DNA of 49,089 bases from assembly GCA_900088475.1 (NCBI GenBank), contig FLMG01001656.1, positions 1 to 49,089 of the forward strand, read 5' to 3'. The position numbers and the translations under genes are program-made. The notes beneath the pieces are model-generated. The model worked only from the letters and a program-made list of their open reading frames with translations. It was not told where the DNA came from and did not search any database. Origin of the DNA: Hyphochytrium catenoides. Lineage: Eukaryota > Protista > Hyphochytriomycota. Shown here in pieces: positions 21,713 to 35,700 of this stretch (its first letter is position 1; every line of letters starts with the position of its first letter).

Positions 21713-23350
21713 ACATACCCCAAGCCCTATATTTAACCGCTTGAAGGCTTGAATGACCTCCGCTAAGCTTCAAGGCACCAGGACTTGGTAACCTCTGATA
21801 GATGTTGGGAGCTTGAGTGACTTGGACGTCATGGGACCCCGAAGTGGAGCTGGCGCACGAGCTAAAGGTCTCCCACTTTATCTCGCGCCCGCATTTAGCC
21901 ATCAGGAGCACTGGGCGCCAAACGGCAGGAATTGCGGGACGCTGTATTGTCAAAGGTGAAGGAAAGTAGCGAACACATAAAACACTATGACAAAGCTGAC
22001 TGAAGACACTTTATTGACGTCCAAATGCTCTCCATGGTCTGAAGAGCGATATACCCCGTAGAGGTCGATAAATATGTAAGGAGCTCGACTGACGGCTGCT
22101 CATATACGTCCAGAAGCCCTGCACAAATACTGTGCAAAGCAAGGGCGAAACGCAGACAAAAAGTGTCCACTTGAGCAGGCGCTAATATAAGCTGCTGTTG
22201 ATCTTGCGTCCCCATGAAGGTCTCTGGACCATGGAAGGCCTAAAGACTGATTAAAAGGACGCTGTTCACAGATGATATAGGTCCTGGGATTGATGCAGGG
22301 TGAACACAGATGGAGGCACAGAAGTGTCAGGGTTGTGCCCAGAATGGGAAACCTGCATCAAAGCTAGCACCCTATGATGAAAGACGTTCACCTAAATCAT
22401 CTGTGTATACTTCTGTTTCCAGAAAGCCGCCGCATCAAGTCAGACTAAGCTTCAAAAAGAACGCTTCTACAGATGCGAACTTCAGTCGCCCTAGCACTCT
22501 CCAAGACCTACGAGGGCTCCCCCTCCCCCCCTTTTTCATCCCCGGTATTGGCTGATGCAGGTCGTTTGGAAGCTTTACCTTCCACACCAGCATCAAGCTG
22601 CACCACGAGTAAGTGTATCTGACCGAGCTAAGATAACAGGAACGGCGGGCGTACTGACTGATAGTTGGCGCCCGGACGTAGCGGTAGAAGTTGTGGATGG
22701 TCACAATCCGTTCCGCCAGTGTCTGGGAAAGTCTTCACAGATCAATCTGAATCTTCACTGCCATGATCCCACCAAGAATTGGGTGGAGACCAGGCCTCGT
22801 GCACCGCTTTGATCCACAATATTTGGCAGATGGCCTCCAGGAGTCTCAGTGGAGAGAATTTGATGAATCAGAGTTGTTGATTCTCGGTTATGATCCATCA
22901 ACTTCCTGCTTTGTGTTTGCCCAAGCAGTACTGTAGGATTCGACCAACTTTGCTGCTTGGAGGTTGATGAGGACAGTTCCTCACTCATCAGCTCCTTGCT
23001 GTTGGTGCCTCACATGTGGAACCGGGGAATGGGGAATACCTGGCGCTGGGTCATAAACAGCCAGGGTCAGGTGCAGCAACCAGAGGATGTTTTGGAGAGG
23101 TAGAAAGCTGCCGGAAGTCCCAAAGCTTTATATTGCAGGTTGCCAAGTGGTGGGTTACGTAGCGTCGCAATCAGAAACGGAAGCTACAGGAGGTGGGGTT
23201 AGAGAGCGGCGCGGGAGGGAAAATTCTGAGCCGGATTTACCCTCTAATGGCATAAACCTCAGTGCCTGCTGATGTCTCAACTACATCAAGGTATGCACCG
23301 CGGATGATATTCAAAGACTAGGAGGCAGACTTGCCCTCGCCGAGTCGGAG

Positions 23351-26300
23351 ATGGCAGTCGTACAAGACGTAGGGGAAAGTGCCTTGCATGATGCGGCGAC
23401 CGACGGAATAGGGGCCTTGGTAGCGTTGAAACCGCTCGAGGCTCAAAGTGGCGTCACTGGGCCAGGGCAAGCTTACGCGTCACCAGGTGACTGAATGCTT
23501 TATATGCTCGAAATCGTACAAAATATCTCAGCTAACCTTTATGTAGCAACTCTTCTCAGACTTGGCGCATCTCCTGGGACTGCCGTCTTGTTGATAGGGC
23601 CACCGAACGATAAGACTTTGGTTCTCCCTGACTCTAAGCAGCTCCTGTTTGAGAGTGAGAGCGAACCCCTATTTATTTTGCGCATATGGCCAGAAGGAGG
23701 CCAAACAGAAGTTGGCACTCTCCTGGTTGAGAAGGAACTCTTACTGTCATCACCGTCGCCGATGCTCTATGCCGTAGCGATTCCAGACGAGATCATTCCA
23801 GAGCTGAGCCTGATAGAACTTTTTCCTCAGAAAACTGAAGATGAAATTGACTGGTGATCTGAAGCTTCTGATGTTTTCTGATGCACTCCTGGGCATTAAC
23901 CCTAATATACGCCTTCATCGAACTAAGGAATAGCGCTGCGGACCTGGCAAAGCAAGACCTGCGCGATGCAATCCTTCAAAACGGCCAGAACATCTCTCTG
24001 ACTCTGGCGTCAGCGAGACGCTCAGCTTTCCATTGTTCAACCTTTGTCGCTCGGGCCTGTGTTGCGACGGGCATTCCACTGACCTGGCAGCGCGTCCAAA
24101 GCGTGCTTATCACGAAGGGGTGCGGTCACGTCAGCAGCAATACAGCCATAGAGCTCTTGCCGTCTGACCCACTCTTCCCGCAAATAAACCATGAGAGCCC
24201 GCTCTTTTCCTCCATAGAAGGTGAGGTAGTCGACCCTCAATTCTGGGATGTCCCTGACTGGAGTGCTCGTCAATGCAGACCTGAATGCTTGCTTTCCTGG
24301 GGTTACTCAAACTCTATTTAGCTGGCTACAAAGCGCGTCGGAACCTGACCGAGGTTGGCTGGCCTCCGTATATGTTGTTTCCTTTCGGTATCCTTATCAT
24401 TTCCCCTCAAAGTTCTCCCCTTCCAGCCGACTCGTTTCTTGCTCCATGGTGCCGCTGGAAGCGGCAAAACATTGATAGTTGATTCTTTGGCAAGAATCCT
24501 GGGGCTGAGAAAGTTGCAGGTCACGGTCAACGGCATGTTCACGGGCTCCAAAGCTGTTTTTCCGGAACAGGAACTTTTGAAGGTCCTCTGACTTTGCTTC
24601 TGCCATCTGAATACCTAAGTGTCGTTCGGTTGAACACAGAAAGCCCAGAAACTGAACTTACTCACTCTTATGGCAGGTATTCGAGAGAGCTAAAAATAGC
24701 GGGAGGTCGCTTGTGGTCCTGGACAATGTCGAAGACATCTTTCCACATGTTGAAGAAGGAACCTCACCACAAACTCAGCGGCTTCTATCCTTAGCTTTCA
24801 TGCAACTTATGCACCAGATGGAGGAGGATCGGACGTGGAAAGCATACGCCAACGAGCTAATCGTGATTGGAATGTCCAAAGATCCCTCCAGGATACATCG
24901 TGGAGTCAGGCGGTGCTTTGATGAAGAAGTCCCCCTGGAGGTATCCGTATGATGCTCTCCCTCTCATCCCCTTTTACCAGTTGGCCCTCAGCGTTTACTT
25001 TATCTATACCGTTTTCTAGCTCATCCCTACCATTGTTGTGGTCTTTGACGAAGGGTGTCCTTGTATCTAGGTTCTTTCTAATGAAGCGCGCTTGGCAAGC
25101 TTTCGGTATTACGTACGCCACGTACAACCTCAGGATATAAATTCCACGGAGCTGGACCGCTTTGCTCAAAGGTGTCAAACCATATCAACTTGTGACGTCT
25201 GGGATCTGTGTCGAGACGCTCATACCATGTGGCGGCGCAGTCTAAGAGGTAGTGTCACGCTCCTGACGCTTGTGGTGGTACTAGCACGGCAGCAAGCAGC
25301 ATGCTTTGCGTGTTAAGCTAATTTTGATGGCTCTCTTCGTCGGTCACGTTTTCCTGTACTTTCCTTACTGATTTGTCGACATTAAAAGCTCGCTGCCATT
25401 TAAAATTTTGGTGTCATCTTTCTCTAGGAGAACCGTTCACTATATCTTTCTTGGAGAAGGCATACAACTTGCGGAGAAGGTCTGGTTACGCCCAAGGGTT
25501 GGCGGACTATCAGGTTACCTTTCCAAAGTAGGCAGCGAAAATTACACTTTACTTGTCAGTCACTTGAAGGCTGACCTATCTCTCGCGTAGCACGCCATGG
25601 GAGAACATTGGCGGATTAGAGGAGGCAAAGAGAGCCCTGAAGGAAATGGTCGTATGGCCGCATCAAAACCCAGAGGTACCCACGTCTCTCTCATTTCGAC
25701 AGGCCTTACTCCTTATTTGCTGTGACCATCATTGATTTATTCTCATCTGCAGCTGTTTGAGAGGTTCAATATCGATCCTCCTCGAGGAATCCTCCTTTAT
25801 GGCCCTCCAGGTAGGATGTTTGTTGAGGGACTACGGTATATGTAAACGTCTGAAGAAGAAGAGTGATGCACGCAAGACACGATGACGGATTAGCCGTTTC
25901 TATTGCACTTGTTTAGGAACTGGTAAAACCTTATTGGCCAAGGCGGTAGCGACGGAGTCACACTGCAACTTTTTGAGCATTTCTGCTACGGACTTGGTGA
26001 AATCAGGCGTAGGGGACAGTGAAAAAGCGGTCGCACGAGTCTTCTCTCTGGCTCGAAAAGCCAGGTACGATAAGTCTAGAAGCCTGAAAGCCCGTGTCAT
26101 TCCTCCTGCGATTTTTTTCTTTTACCATCTCACATCCTTCTTCAACTATAATCCTAGCCCTTGCATAGTGTTCATAGATGAGTTTGAGACTCTCTTCGTC
26201 AGCCGGGAAACGGGTGGTCAGGTATGAGCCATGCTTAGAGAAGCCATGCTGACATCAAGAATCTTATCATGTCGCAACTCTATCAGGTCCAGAAAGGCCT

Positions 26301-27064
26301 AACTTCGCAGTTGTTGGTGGAGATGAATCACCTCAACAGTTCCGATGGGAGTGCTCGGCAAGCAGGAGTCACAGTCCTCGCGGCGACAAACTTGCCTGAG
26401 ACCGTCGATGCTTCCATGCTACGCCCAGGTTGATGGCCTGTCTTGCTACCGTCTGTCCTTAGGTCTCCTGGCTCTTCTGTCCTTAGGTCTCCTGCCTCTT
26501 TGTATGAGCAGGATTCTTCTGATACCTTACCTCAATCCAAGCACTGACGAAAGTTCATCCATATAAATTGCTGTGGACAGGGAGGTTCGACAGAATGGTC
26601 TATGTTGGCCCACCAGATCAATCCGCCAGGGAGTCTATCTTTGTAGGTGTAGGACAGAGTTGCTTCCCCTTACATCCACCCCCCTCCCCCATTTAGTTTC
26701 AAGCGCGGCTCTGTCTTTTAGATATTGGACGATTCTTGTCCTCTTATCGTATCGTGTATTTGCAGCGCACTTGTGCGTCACGGATGAAGCTTGGTGTGGA
26801 CGTCGATTTCGAAGCCCTGGCGGTGGACAGCGCGGGGTACACAGGCGCCGACATTGAGAATCTATGCCGAGAGGCAGGGGTAGTCGCCCTCACCAAGGAC
26901 CTCGAGATTGAGGTAGGCTAATCTTTGTCTATTCCACCTCCTCATGACCTAATAGATTGCTGCAGGCAATCAGTATGGCCTGCTTTCTTGAGGCTATGGG
27001 GCGGACCAGTCCTTCACTGAGGAAAGAGGATGAAGAAAGGCTGCGGCAGTGGAAACCCAAGTAG
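23351..27064 (+). CDS. Type II AAA+ ATPase of the CDC48/AFG2 (SPATA5/SPATA5L1-like) group, many exons; start uncertain (23271-23351)
   Basis: D1: [12 protein letters not shown] and [13 protein letters not shown]2: [94 protein letters not shown]. Stop at 27062-27064. Confidence 0.9.
26452..26499. repeat. 24-bp tandem duplication (2 copies, 1 mismatch) inside an AAA-gene intron
   Basis: tctgtccttaggtctcctggctct / tctgtccttaggtctcctgcctct. Confidence 0.85.
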
Positions 27065-27280
27065 CATTCAAAACTTATCTTCTGGTTGTCCTACATTGGC
27101 GCCCCACTTTTTTTTCAATGACCAATAGAAAACAGTGAGAGAGAATGCGTGTAGATTTCTGGAAGACAAATACCTCTGCGTTCCGAGATATGGACCGAAA
27201 CTTATGGGACTGGTGATGGCCTTCAGAACCTCGAATGAGTGTAAAAAATCGCTGTTATATAAATATATCTTTGACACTCC

Positions 27281-29297
27281 CTACTTCTCAATGCAGTGAT
27301 GCATTAGACCCAAAAAGTCCTTGATGGTGATATGCCAGATCACCTGTACCGCCACGTTTGCCACAATAAGCCTGACAAGGAGAAAAGAAGGCGCATAAGT
27401 ACTTGAAAAGCGCTGGAGGAAGAAGGATGGCTACAAAAGACAGCATTGAGACGAGGTGCAGCAGCGCCCGCGGAGAAGACAGGTAGTGGGCCAAGTAAGT
27501 GATCACCACGCAAGGAAGATAGCAGTTGATTTTTGCGGCAAAGGGCGTCAATTTCTCACCATATGACAATCCATTCCAACCGCACACCATGCCGTTGCTG
27601 CACCTGATTGTTTAGCACGCCTAGCAGTTCCTTCAGGACATCCAGCTTAGCATTCAGCAGGTCTACACGGCTATGTACCTCCAGGTACAGCATTAGGGTC
27701 TTGTAAAGCGGCAACCACTCATCTGATTCCCAGAAGAAGTCTGGCTCATCAAGAATGTCTGAGTTCAGATTGATGTCTGCCCGCTCTAGGAATATCTTCC
27801 CAATCATTTTTGACAGGTCTTTCTGAGAGAGCTTCCTCATGATCTTATCCATGTTAACTGGGATGCCACGATATTCTTCAATTACATCCTCAACCCTCGA
27901 CTCGAACATGTCTAGTTTGACACTCTGAGCCATGGCGAAGGATAGGGAGAGCTTTTCCCGTGGATCCACGGTGATCAATGTTATTACGTCGTGCCGAACT
28001 CTGCTTCTGTCTCCATAACAGAAAAGCATGTCATCGCTCTCAGGATGACTTGTTTTCTCGGTTGCAAAGTCCAGAGCCGTCCTTAGGTGGTCCTGCTCCT
28101 CCTCTTCCGATGTCGCCCAAAAGACGACGCAACCCCAATTGAAAAAGAAGATGTCCCTTCGAGTCCACAGGCTCACCTGTTCTTCTCCCTCAGGGACTAG
28201 ACTTACATGCACCGCACCCACATACAGATTGATTTCGCAGCTGAGTGAAGGAAGAAAGGGAAAGAGCTTATTTAAACAGGCAAATAGCGGGTAATAGGTT
28301 GTGAGAGAGACGCACCTCCTCCCCTCGCTGCCAAAGTCGCCAGGCAAGCGAGAGCCGCCCGTTAGACGGATCCACTTGGCTAAGCGAAGGATATCTAGGG
28401 CACTCGAGATGCAATAAGCAGCCACTCTCATCTCCGGAAGCCCACTAGTGAACGCAATCTCAGCTGGTAAAGGCGATTCATAGGGCTTAGAATAGTCCCG
28501 AGCCCTGACTCTCTTCCCTACCCTTGGCCCCCCGGTGGTCTTGGGACCTCTCCCGACCCATTTCTTTAAACCGGCGTACCGTCCAGGTTGGTCGGGACGG
28601 TGATCTCGGTAGCCCACAGGACTCTGCGCTCTATGAGCCTCATAGGCGGCCTTAGTGTCTAGGGGTGGAGACTGTGGTCTTTCAGTGCCTTCCTGATGCT
28701 TATCTCGGAACCGTCCGCGGCGAAGCCTCGTAACTTCTGAGTCCGAAAAAGGATAATCTCTAGGGGAATGAGCTACCTCTTCTTCGTAGGCTTCATAGTA
28801 GGTTGGACCATTAGGCTGCTGCTGTTCTGTTTGATACAGTTGAGGGCTTGAAAGCTCTTGGGTGCGTGGCGACGCATGAAGCTTCGGGTAGTCCGCGCCA
28901 CCACTGCCTCTCCTGCCGTTGGCCTGGCCAGGGGCCTCTGAATCAGTGGACTCAAAGTCCATGATAACCTTTAGAGCTCTTTGTATCGCTGCTGCACGCT
29001 CATCATGCATGTAAGGGGTGATAAAATCCCATGTGCTCGACCTGCCTGAGCTATCGCTAAGAAGCTCCTCAAAATCCCCTGACAGAGGAAGAATGAAAGC
29101 TAGAACTCCCGCTATATACCTAATCACTCACTGGCCCTAATCACACTTACTGCCCTGTGAGACACTTCTTGCTGCTTCTGGTTTCTTCTCCTGAGCCAGT
29201 TACGGATCTTCTCTACACTGTGCCAAGAGTCATCAGCAGCACAAGCAGCGTAATAAGGCAGGAGCGAGACGGCAACCAAGGTCCTTGCTGGCAGCAT
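27281..29297 (-). CDS. RMD1: RMD1/Sif2 family protein (DUF155), paralogue B; 5' end uncertain
   Basis: Same DUF155 motifs as paralogue A and the same two phase-2 intron positions (GR|S and IW|L). The last exon WLIVANVAVQVIWHITIKDFLGLMHHCIEK* ends at 27281. A possible first exon is MLPARTLV.. (ATG 29297); otherwise an internal Met. Confidence 0.9.
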
Positions 29298-29759
29298 CTG
29301 ATGATCCGCGAGATCCTTGGTTTGGTCAACAATGAAAGAGAAGGCACACAGCTTCAGGGCCGCTAACGGCTTATTTGGAGGAAGGAAGTTACCAGGGTTT
29401 GTCGTTTGGTTCTGAAGGGTTACGTCTCTGCCTTCGCCATCTGCTGGCCGCGCTGCGCGTGGCGGATGATGAAAGAGATAAAGGCCCATGAAAGGTAGCA
29501 AGTAGACGAGGGAGAACATTGATCTAGCGTTTCTCAGGCAGACGCCAGACCGCTAAGGGTGCGTCGTTTGGATTGCTGGTCAATGGACTTGAATGAAGCT
29601 TTGACCATGTTATAGACCCGACCGATGGCCTGTCTTAGTCGCACGGAAGTTGTTATTTTGTTGGGTCAGACATAGCGCGTGCCTCAGATGCATTCTGAGG
29701 TTAGCACGTGCAGGATGACCCTGGACGATTCGTTCTCCCTATCTGTCGGCAACAGGCCT

Positions 29760-32700
29760 ATGCCAAAATTTTTTGTCAGCCTGACAGTGCTAGCGTGGGC
29801 CGTGTCAGGTGCAAGCGGCTCAGAGGAGAGTATTATCTGGGAGGGTCTCACAGCGCGACTAGACTCCTGCTATGAAGGTCTGTTTGCATTACTCTTTGTC
29901 CTGTCTTGTCCCTGCGCTTACTGGCGTGGCATAGGAACTTACTATGACTCTGAGGGAGAATGGCTATCAATGGATATGAAGGTCGATTCAAATGACAGAG
30001 TGAACCAATGCGCCGGCTTCATCGAGTGTCCTCCAGGGAGCTTTTGCAGGTGTTGCTAGCTGCAGCTGATGTTCGCCATAGTGAAAGCGTTCTTTGCAGT
30101 CTCTTCTTTTAGGCCCTGCTGTCACTCATATTTTGGCGTTGACAGTTGTCATTGCTGAACGTAGGGATGGAGTAAGGCGCCCCTGCCCCGCAGGGACTTT
30201 TGGCAACAGCACCGGCCTAACCATTCCCTCCTGCTCAGGATCCTGTCCGCCTGGCTTCTACTGCCCGGAAGGAAGGTATCCTCCACCGCCTTGCCATCTC
30301 CTAGTTCTACTCTGCCCTTAACAGTCTCTATCACCTTCGCAACTCTCTTGCGATCTTTCCAGAAAATATCTCCTCCCCTTTCCATCCAAAGCTCTTTCTG
30401 AAAACTCTTCTCTTCCCTCTCTCTTCAGCACCGAGCCCATTCCTTGCGGAGGGCTGAGTAAGTATTGTCCTGAAGGCAGCCAGAATCCTCTGGAGGTCCA
30501 AAGAGGCCACTACTCTGTTGGCCCATCAGATCAGTCACGGTAAGCAAGGGATTGTAAGAAGACGAAGAGCTCCACATTTAAGAACTATGAGGTTGTTCAA
30601 GGAGTAGGAAAATAAGTATTGGAGGAAGAACTTGAACAGAGGTGTAGATGGCTGAGAAGAAGAAAGAACAGGAGAGAGACCGCTCTCGCCAGGCCTCTAG
30701 AGCTCTGTTGATGTGGCCATGGCTGAGATACAATCCTTCATTCCTCGTAGGGAGGCTCAGCTGGAATGCGAACCAGGTCACTACTGTACGAGAGGGGTAA
30801 AGTTTCCTTGTCCTTCAGGGACATTCGGAGCGTCATTTGGGCTCCACTCGGAAGCATGCTCTGGGGCATGTGCGGAAGGCATGATAAAGATATCCCATCT
30901 GTCTACAACCCTTCTCTCTCTATAATTTTCGAACCTTCCCTCCTCAGAAGCTGACAGCCTTGGCCTCGTCCCTGATAGGGTACTACTGTCCTGAGGGCAG
31001 TATTTCTCCTAGGGAGTTTCTGTGCGAAGTTGACGATTACTTCTGCCCTGCACGTTCCAAAGCCCCTGAGAAAGTGTCCGTCGGCTTCAGCTCCGTGGGA
31101 AGAGGTCAGCATGGAGCACAGCATCGCAGACTGAGGAAGGAGAGAGAGAAGACCGAGCCTGATGACACTCTCACATTGCCGTTTCTACTCGTAGGGACGG
31201 CGGTTATGGCATCTGGTCCCAGTGGTCAGCAGGCGTGCTTGCCCGGTCATTATTGTCCCTTAATTGAAGGGACGGACGAAAGCAGTGGTCTTCAGAAGCC
31301 TTGTCCTGCTGGTACGTACAGATCAAATAGACAAGATCCTAGAGATGAACAGTCGTTGAAGAAAAGGGATAACGGTAGAGGCAGACGCGGAGACCGTTCA
31401 AGAGCTTAGAACTCAGACGAAGAATAAGGAAAATATAAAATTTCCCTCCTCACTTCCCAGGGCGTTATGGTACTCGTTTCCGCGAGACGGATCCCTTGTG
31501 TGAAGGGCCTTGCCCCGCTGGCTATTATTGCCCGCCAGGCACTGAGCGTCCAGACCAATATCCCTGTGGAGGGCCGGAATGGTTCTGTTCCAAAGGAGCG
31601 GCGAAAAGAATAAAGGTATCTGAAGGCTTTTACTCTACTGGTGGCCTACCCACCACAAGGAGCGGCGAACAGCAGTGTGAGCCGGGCTTTTACTGTGTCA
31701 TGGGTAAGCTCTCATCTCCTGATCCTACAATTTGTTCGCGGCCCAATGCTTTGTCTGGCTACCATCTCATTCAGGTCATCCGTCCCCTCCGCTTTACACA
31801 CCGCATGTCTTTTTCCCTTCTCATACTTTACTTCTGCCTCGTTATATTCTCGTTAGTCGACTCTATCTGTTTAAAGCTTGTCAAACCTACCGCCTACTAC
31901 TTGTGACACAAGGATCTTCTGTCCGATTAGGGGAGCGCTTTAAATGTCCTGCGGGCCGCTATGGGGCCGTTGCAGGGCTATCAACGTCGTATTGTTCTGG
32001 TCCTTGTGCTCCTGGCTACTATTGCAAGGCAGGAAGCACTAGCCCACAACAGGTTCGATATATATCCTATTGTGCTTAGTTGACGAACAGCTTTGCGAAC
32101 TTCTCAAATCACGCACTTACTTCATTCCCAACTGCAAATGGTGAACCTCTAACCTTGGCTGACACATCGGTGTTTGTACGTCCACAAAAAGGAGAAATGC
32201 GGGTTGGGCTTGGCTCTGCCAGAGAGCGTCATTTGCCCCGAAGGTTCGGCAGAGTCTGCCTTGGTCGCTGACGGCTACTACTCAGCAGTCACCGCAGACG
32301 GCAACGCCACACAGGTCAGGCTTCTATCAAGAAATGGACTAAGAGCGAGAGTGTCGTCAGAAGCGTAGAAAACCACTCACATGATCCTGAAATTACCCCC
32401 TTTAAAAGGAGGATCGTTTGATGCGCTCGATAGCGTTGCCTTGTCCATATGGCCACTATTGTCAAAAAGGGAAGAAGGTGGAGTGCCCAGGTGGGCGATA
32501 TGGCAGTGAAAGAGGTGTCAAGGATTCACTTTGCAGGTAGCTGCATTTACCGACATCCCCTCTCAAGCTTCTTACTTGTGAGCCTTGTGAGGAAGATGGG
32601 TACTGCCTCTTGGGCTCTGTTACCATATATCGTGGGTTTTCCTAAGGCATTCTTGAATCATTTGGGCTTGACTTTTGGTGCTTTCAGCGGACCATGTGCT

Positions 32701-35700
32701 CCGGGATATTACTGCCCGTCTGGAAGCATTTCAAGCAGACAAAGATCCTGCGGGCTGGCGAAGGTCTTCTGCCCGGAGGGCTCTGCCCGTCCCACTTGTG
32801 AGTTCTTGTTTGGATAGCTATAGTCATTCCTTCTTTTCGTCAGACATCCATCTTCGAAGACTGTGTGACTTAAACCACTATCTTCGTTTCGAGCGTGTGT
32901 TTGCTTGCCTCACCATCGATCTCCTGTTAACTGTATCCGTATGTTGCTGCTACCGTCCTTCCCGCCTAGTGGTCGACTCTGGATTCTACACTGCGGGTTC
33001 TTCAAATGTGTTGACCCGTACGGAACAGAAACAGGTAGAGAGAGGATATTATGCCATAGGAGGGCTAAAATACAGGTGTCCAGCTGGAAGGTAAGCTTTG
33101 CTTACTAGATATAGTTGAAGTGTCTCTCGTTAGATATCTTGCAGCCACAACCTCCGCCGTCTTGCACTATCTCTGATGCAAGTTCTTTTCTCAGGTTTGG
33201 TTCAGAAATGGGCCTGGCCTCTCCTGATTGTAGTGGCCAGTGCTGGGCAGGATACTACTGGTAAGACGGGCACGAAGGAAAACGGAGACGACAGAGTTAA
33301 CCCTGCGATGCTAAAAACTTCATGCAAGAGATTATGTGCTCATGAAATGAAGAAGTATAGCTGCCATCATGCTACCAACTTTAGAGAGTGTAAGGATGTA
33401 CTCATTCAATCCATTTTGGCAGTCCACCAGGCTCCATAGCACCGTATCAAGAGATGTGCGGTGGTCCGGATGTTTATTGGTACGCGATTCGACTCTTTAT
33501 TGGCTTCCATCATTTTTGAAATGAGGCATCTTTCAGAAGCAGGACGCTGGCTCCCTTCGCCTACAACCACTTTCTCATTCTTCGAGGTCAAGCGATGTTC
33601 CGCCACCTTCCATCCCTTAATCTTACTCTCTTTTGCAGTCCCGCAGGTTCCGCTAGTCCGATCACAGTTCGAGTTGGCTACTACACGGTAGGTTCAAGAT
33701 AGAAAGCTGCAGCCAAAGGCCACGGAGATGGGTTGCAATGACCATCCGCCACCCTGCCTATCCCAGTATCAAGTCCTTTACACGCTAAAAGAACCCCTCA
33801 CTCATAACTCCTTTAATTGCCTTGAAACTGCTGCCTCTAGTCGGACGAGATGGAAGAATGTGCTCCAGGGCATTTTAGAAACATGTCTTCTACCTCTCCA
33901 GCCGAGCCCCATGAGACAGGTTATCGCCCGGTACCCGTCNNNNNNNNNNNNNNNNNNNNNNNNNNNNNNNNNNNNNNNNNNNNNNNNNNNNNNNNNNNNN
34001 NNNNNNNNNNNNNNNNNNNNNCCTCTCACTCTCTTGCTCAGAAGTCTGCTCGATTCTTTGTGTCTTCCAGAAGTCTTTCATAACCAAGAATCGCTTGTCC
34101 TCTTGTATGATGTTGTTTGTTTTTGTATGACGTTGCTATCTTTCTCCCCTTAAGGGTGTTGAGTAGTTGTATCTCATGGTTGGAGACTCTCACCTGAACT
34201 TGACATGTAGATGCGATCTCTGCCCTCAAGGAACCTACAAGACACGTCAAGGTGACTCCATGATGCAGTGTATGCCCTGTTCCTTTCTCACAAGCACAAG
34301 GTACCGGTCTTCTACTTCCCTTAGCCCTATTTGTGGTTCAGGGGTTGAGTCCATATGTTGCCCTTCTTCTGCTTCATCAACTCGACCTCTCCCGGTACGG
34401 AATGGCGCTGATTCCACTACTCGCACGCAACAGCCATGAGACCGGGAAAGTCGTCAGCACTGACGATCGTAGAGCCTGCGTTTGCCATAGGGAGAGATCT
34501 GGTGCCCCGTTCCTCACTCTAACATTTAATGGCAGTGCGTGTGTTGAGGGAACCCCAGCTTCAACTTTTGTAAGTGATGGTTCGCGCTATCTATCCTATA
34601 TATTGATTCTCTGTCTATACAACCCCAGGATTATGTCTATCTCCAATTCTTAAGTTTTCTGTAAGGCATGCTTGCCGAGATGGTGCTCTCGAGAAGCCTG
34701 ACCTGGCAATGCGTCGTCCATCCTCTCTTGCTAATGTGTTCCAGCTCTGACCCCTCCGCATTGAACCATAGTGCATGGTCCTGGCCGAACAAATCCTTTA
34801 CTTTATCCAGGCGCCCTCCCATTCTTTCATGGAGCGTATGCCTACCTTGCCGTTACTCTTGACACAGCTCGTTTGACACTTTTCCTGCTCCTAGTTTATA
34901 GCGAATCGAGAAGTCAAAGGGTCCCAGCTGGCTCGTGGTAGTCAGAAGCTCTGCGAACCTGGACACTATTGCCATAAAGGCATTAAGAGACGCTGTCCTG
35001 CCGGACGATATGGGGCAGGGGATGGACTTTCAACCCCAGAGTGCTCAGGTCTATGCAGACCAGGATTTTATTGGTGCGGCGTCGTGTGAATATTCTCTGT
35101 GTGTGCCAAGCGTCTGACCAGTCCTTCTGCAGTCCGATGGCCAGCACTAAGCCCGACCAGGTATAAACCTAAGTACTGCACCTGATTGTAGCTCTTGGGC
35201 TCTTCTTCTACTAGTTAAAAACCGTCCACCCGTTCTTGCTTGACTTAACAATCCTACTTCCTGGAGCCCAACTAGACAAGCATATTTATCAATAATCCAA
35301 CGTTGCATGGCAGATCCCATGCGGTGGTCCTCATGTCTATTGCCCAGAGGGAAGCCCGTCACCCATTCCGGTATCGGAGGGCTACTATACAGCTAGAACA
35401 AGGCCAGATGGCCAATTTGAAGGGCTAGTCGGAACCTCCAACGACCAGTCGCTTAACTTTCGGGATGTTCAGCTGCCTTGCGAGCCGGGCTTCTATTGCC
35501 AGAGGGTGAGGCAATAAAGCAACTTTCGAATCTGCGCTCCTAAAGAGTTTGTCTTCTTCTTCCTTTCGTGCATATATCGCCAAGCTGCATCCTGTTTGTA
35601 TCCGTGCAGTCACTTCGTAACTAAAAATATCAATTTGTATCCCTGCGTCAGTCTTCTGGGTTTCGACCGATCCCGTGCTCTTCAGATTTTAAGGCCTTTT

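Noticed and set aside
21750-23250. Short ORFs on both strands between RMD1-A and the AAA gene
   Set aside because: I could not assemble a coherent spliced protein or find motifs; a small gene cannot be excluded.
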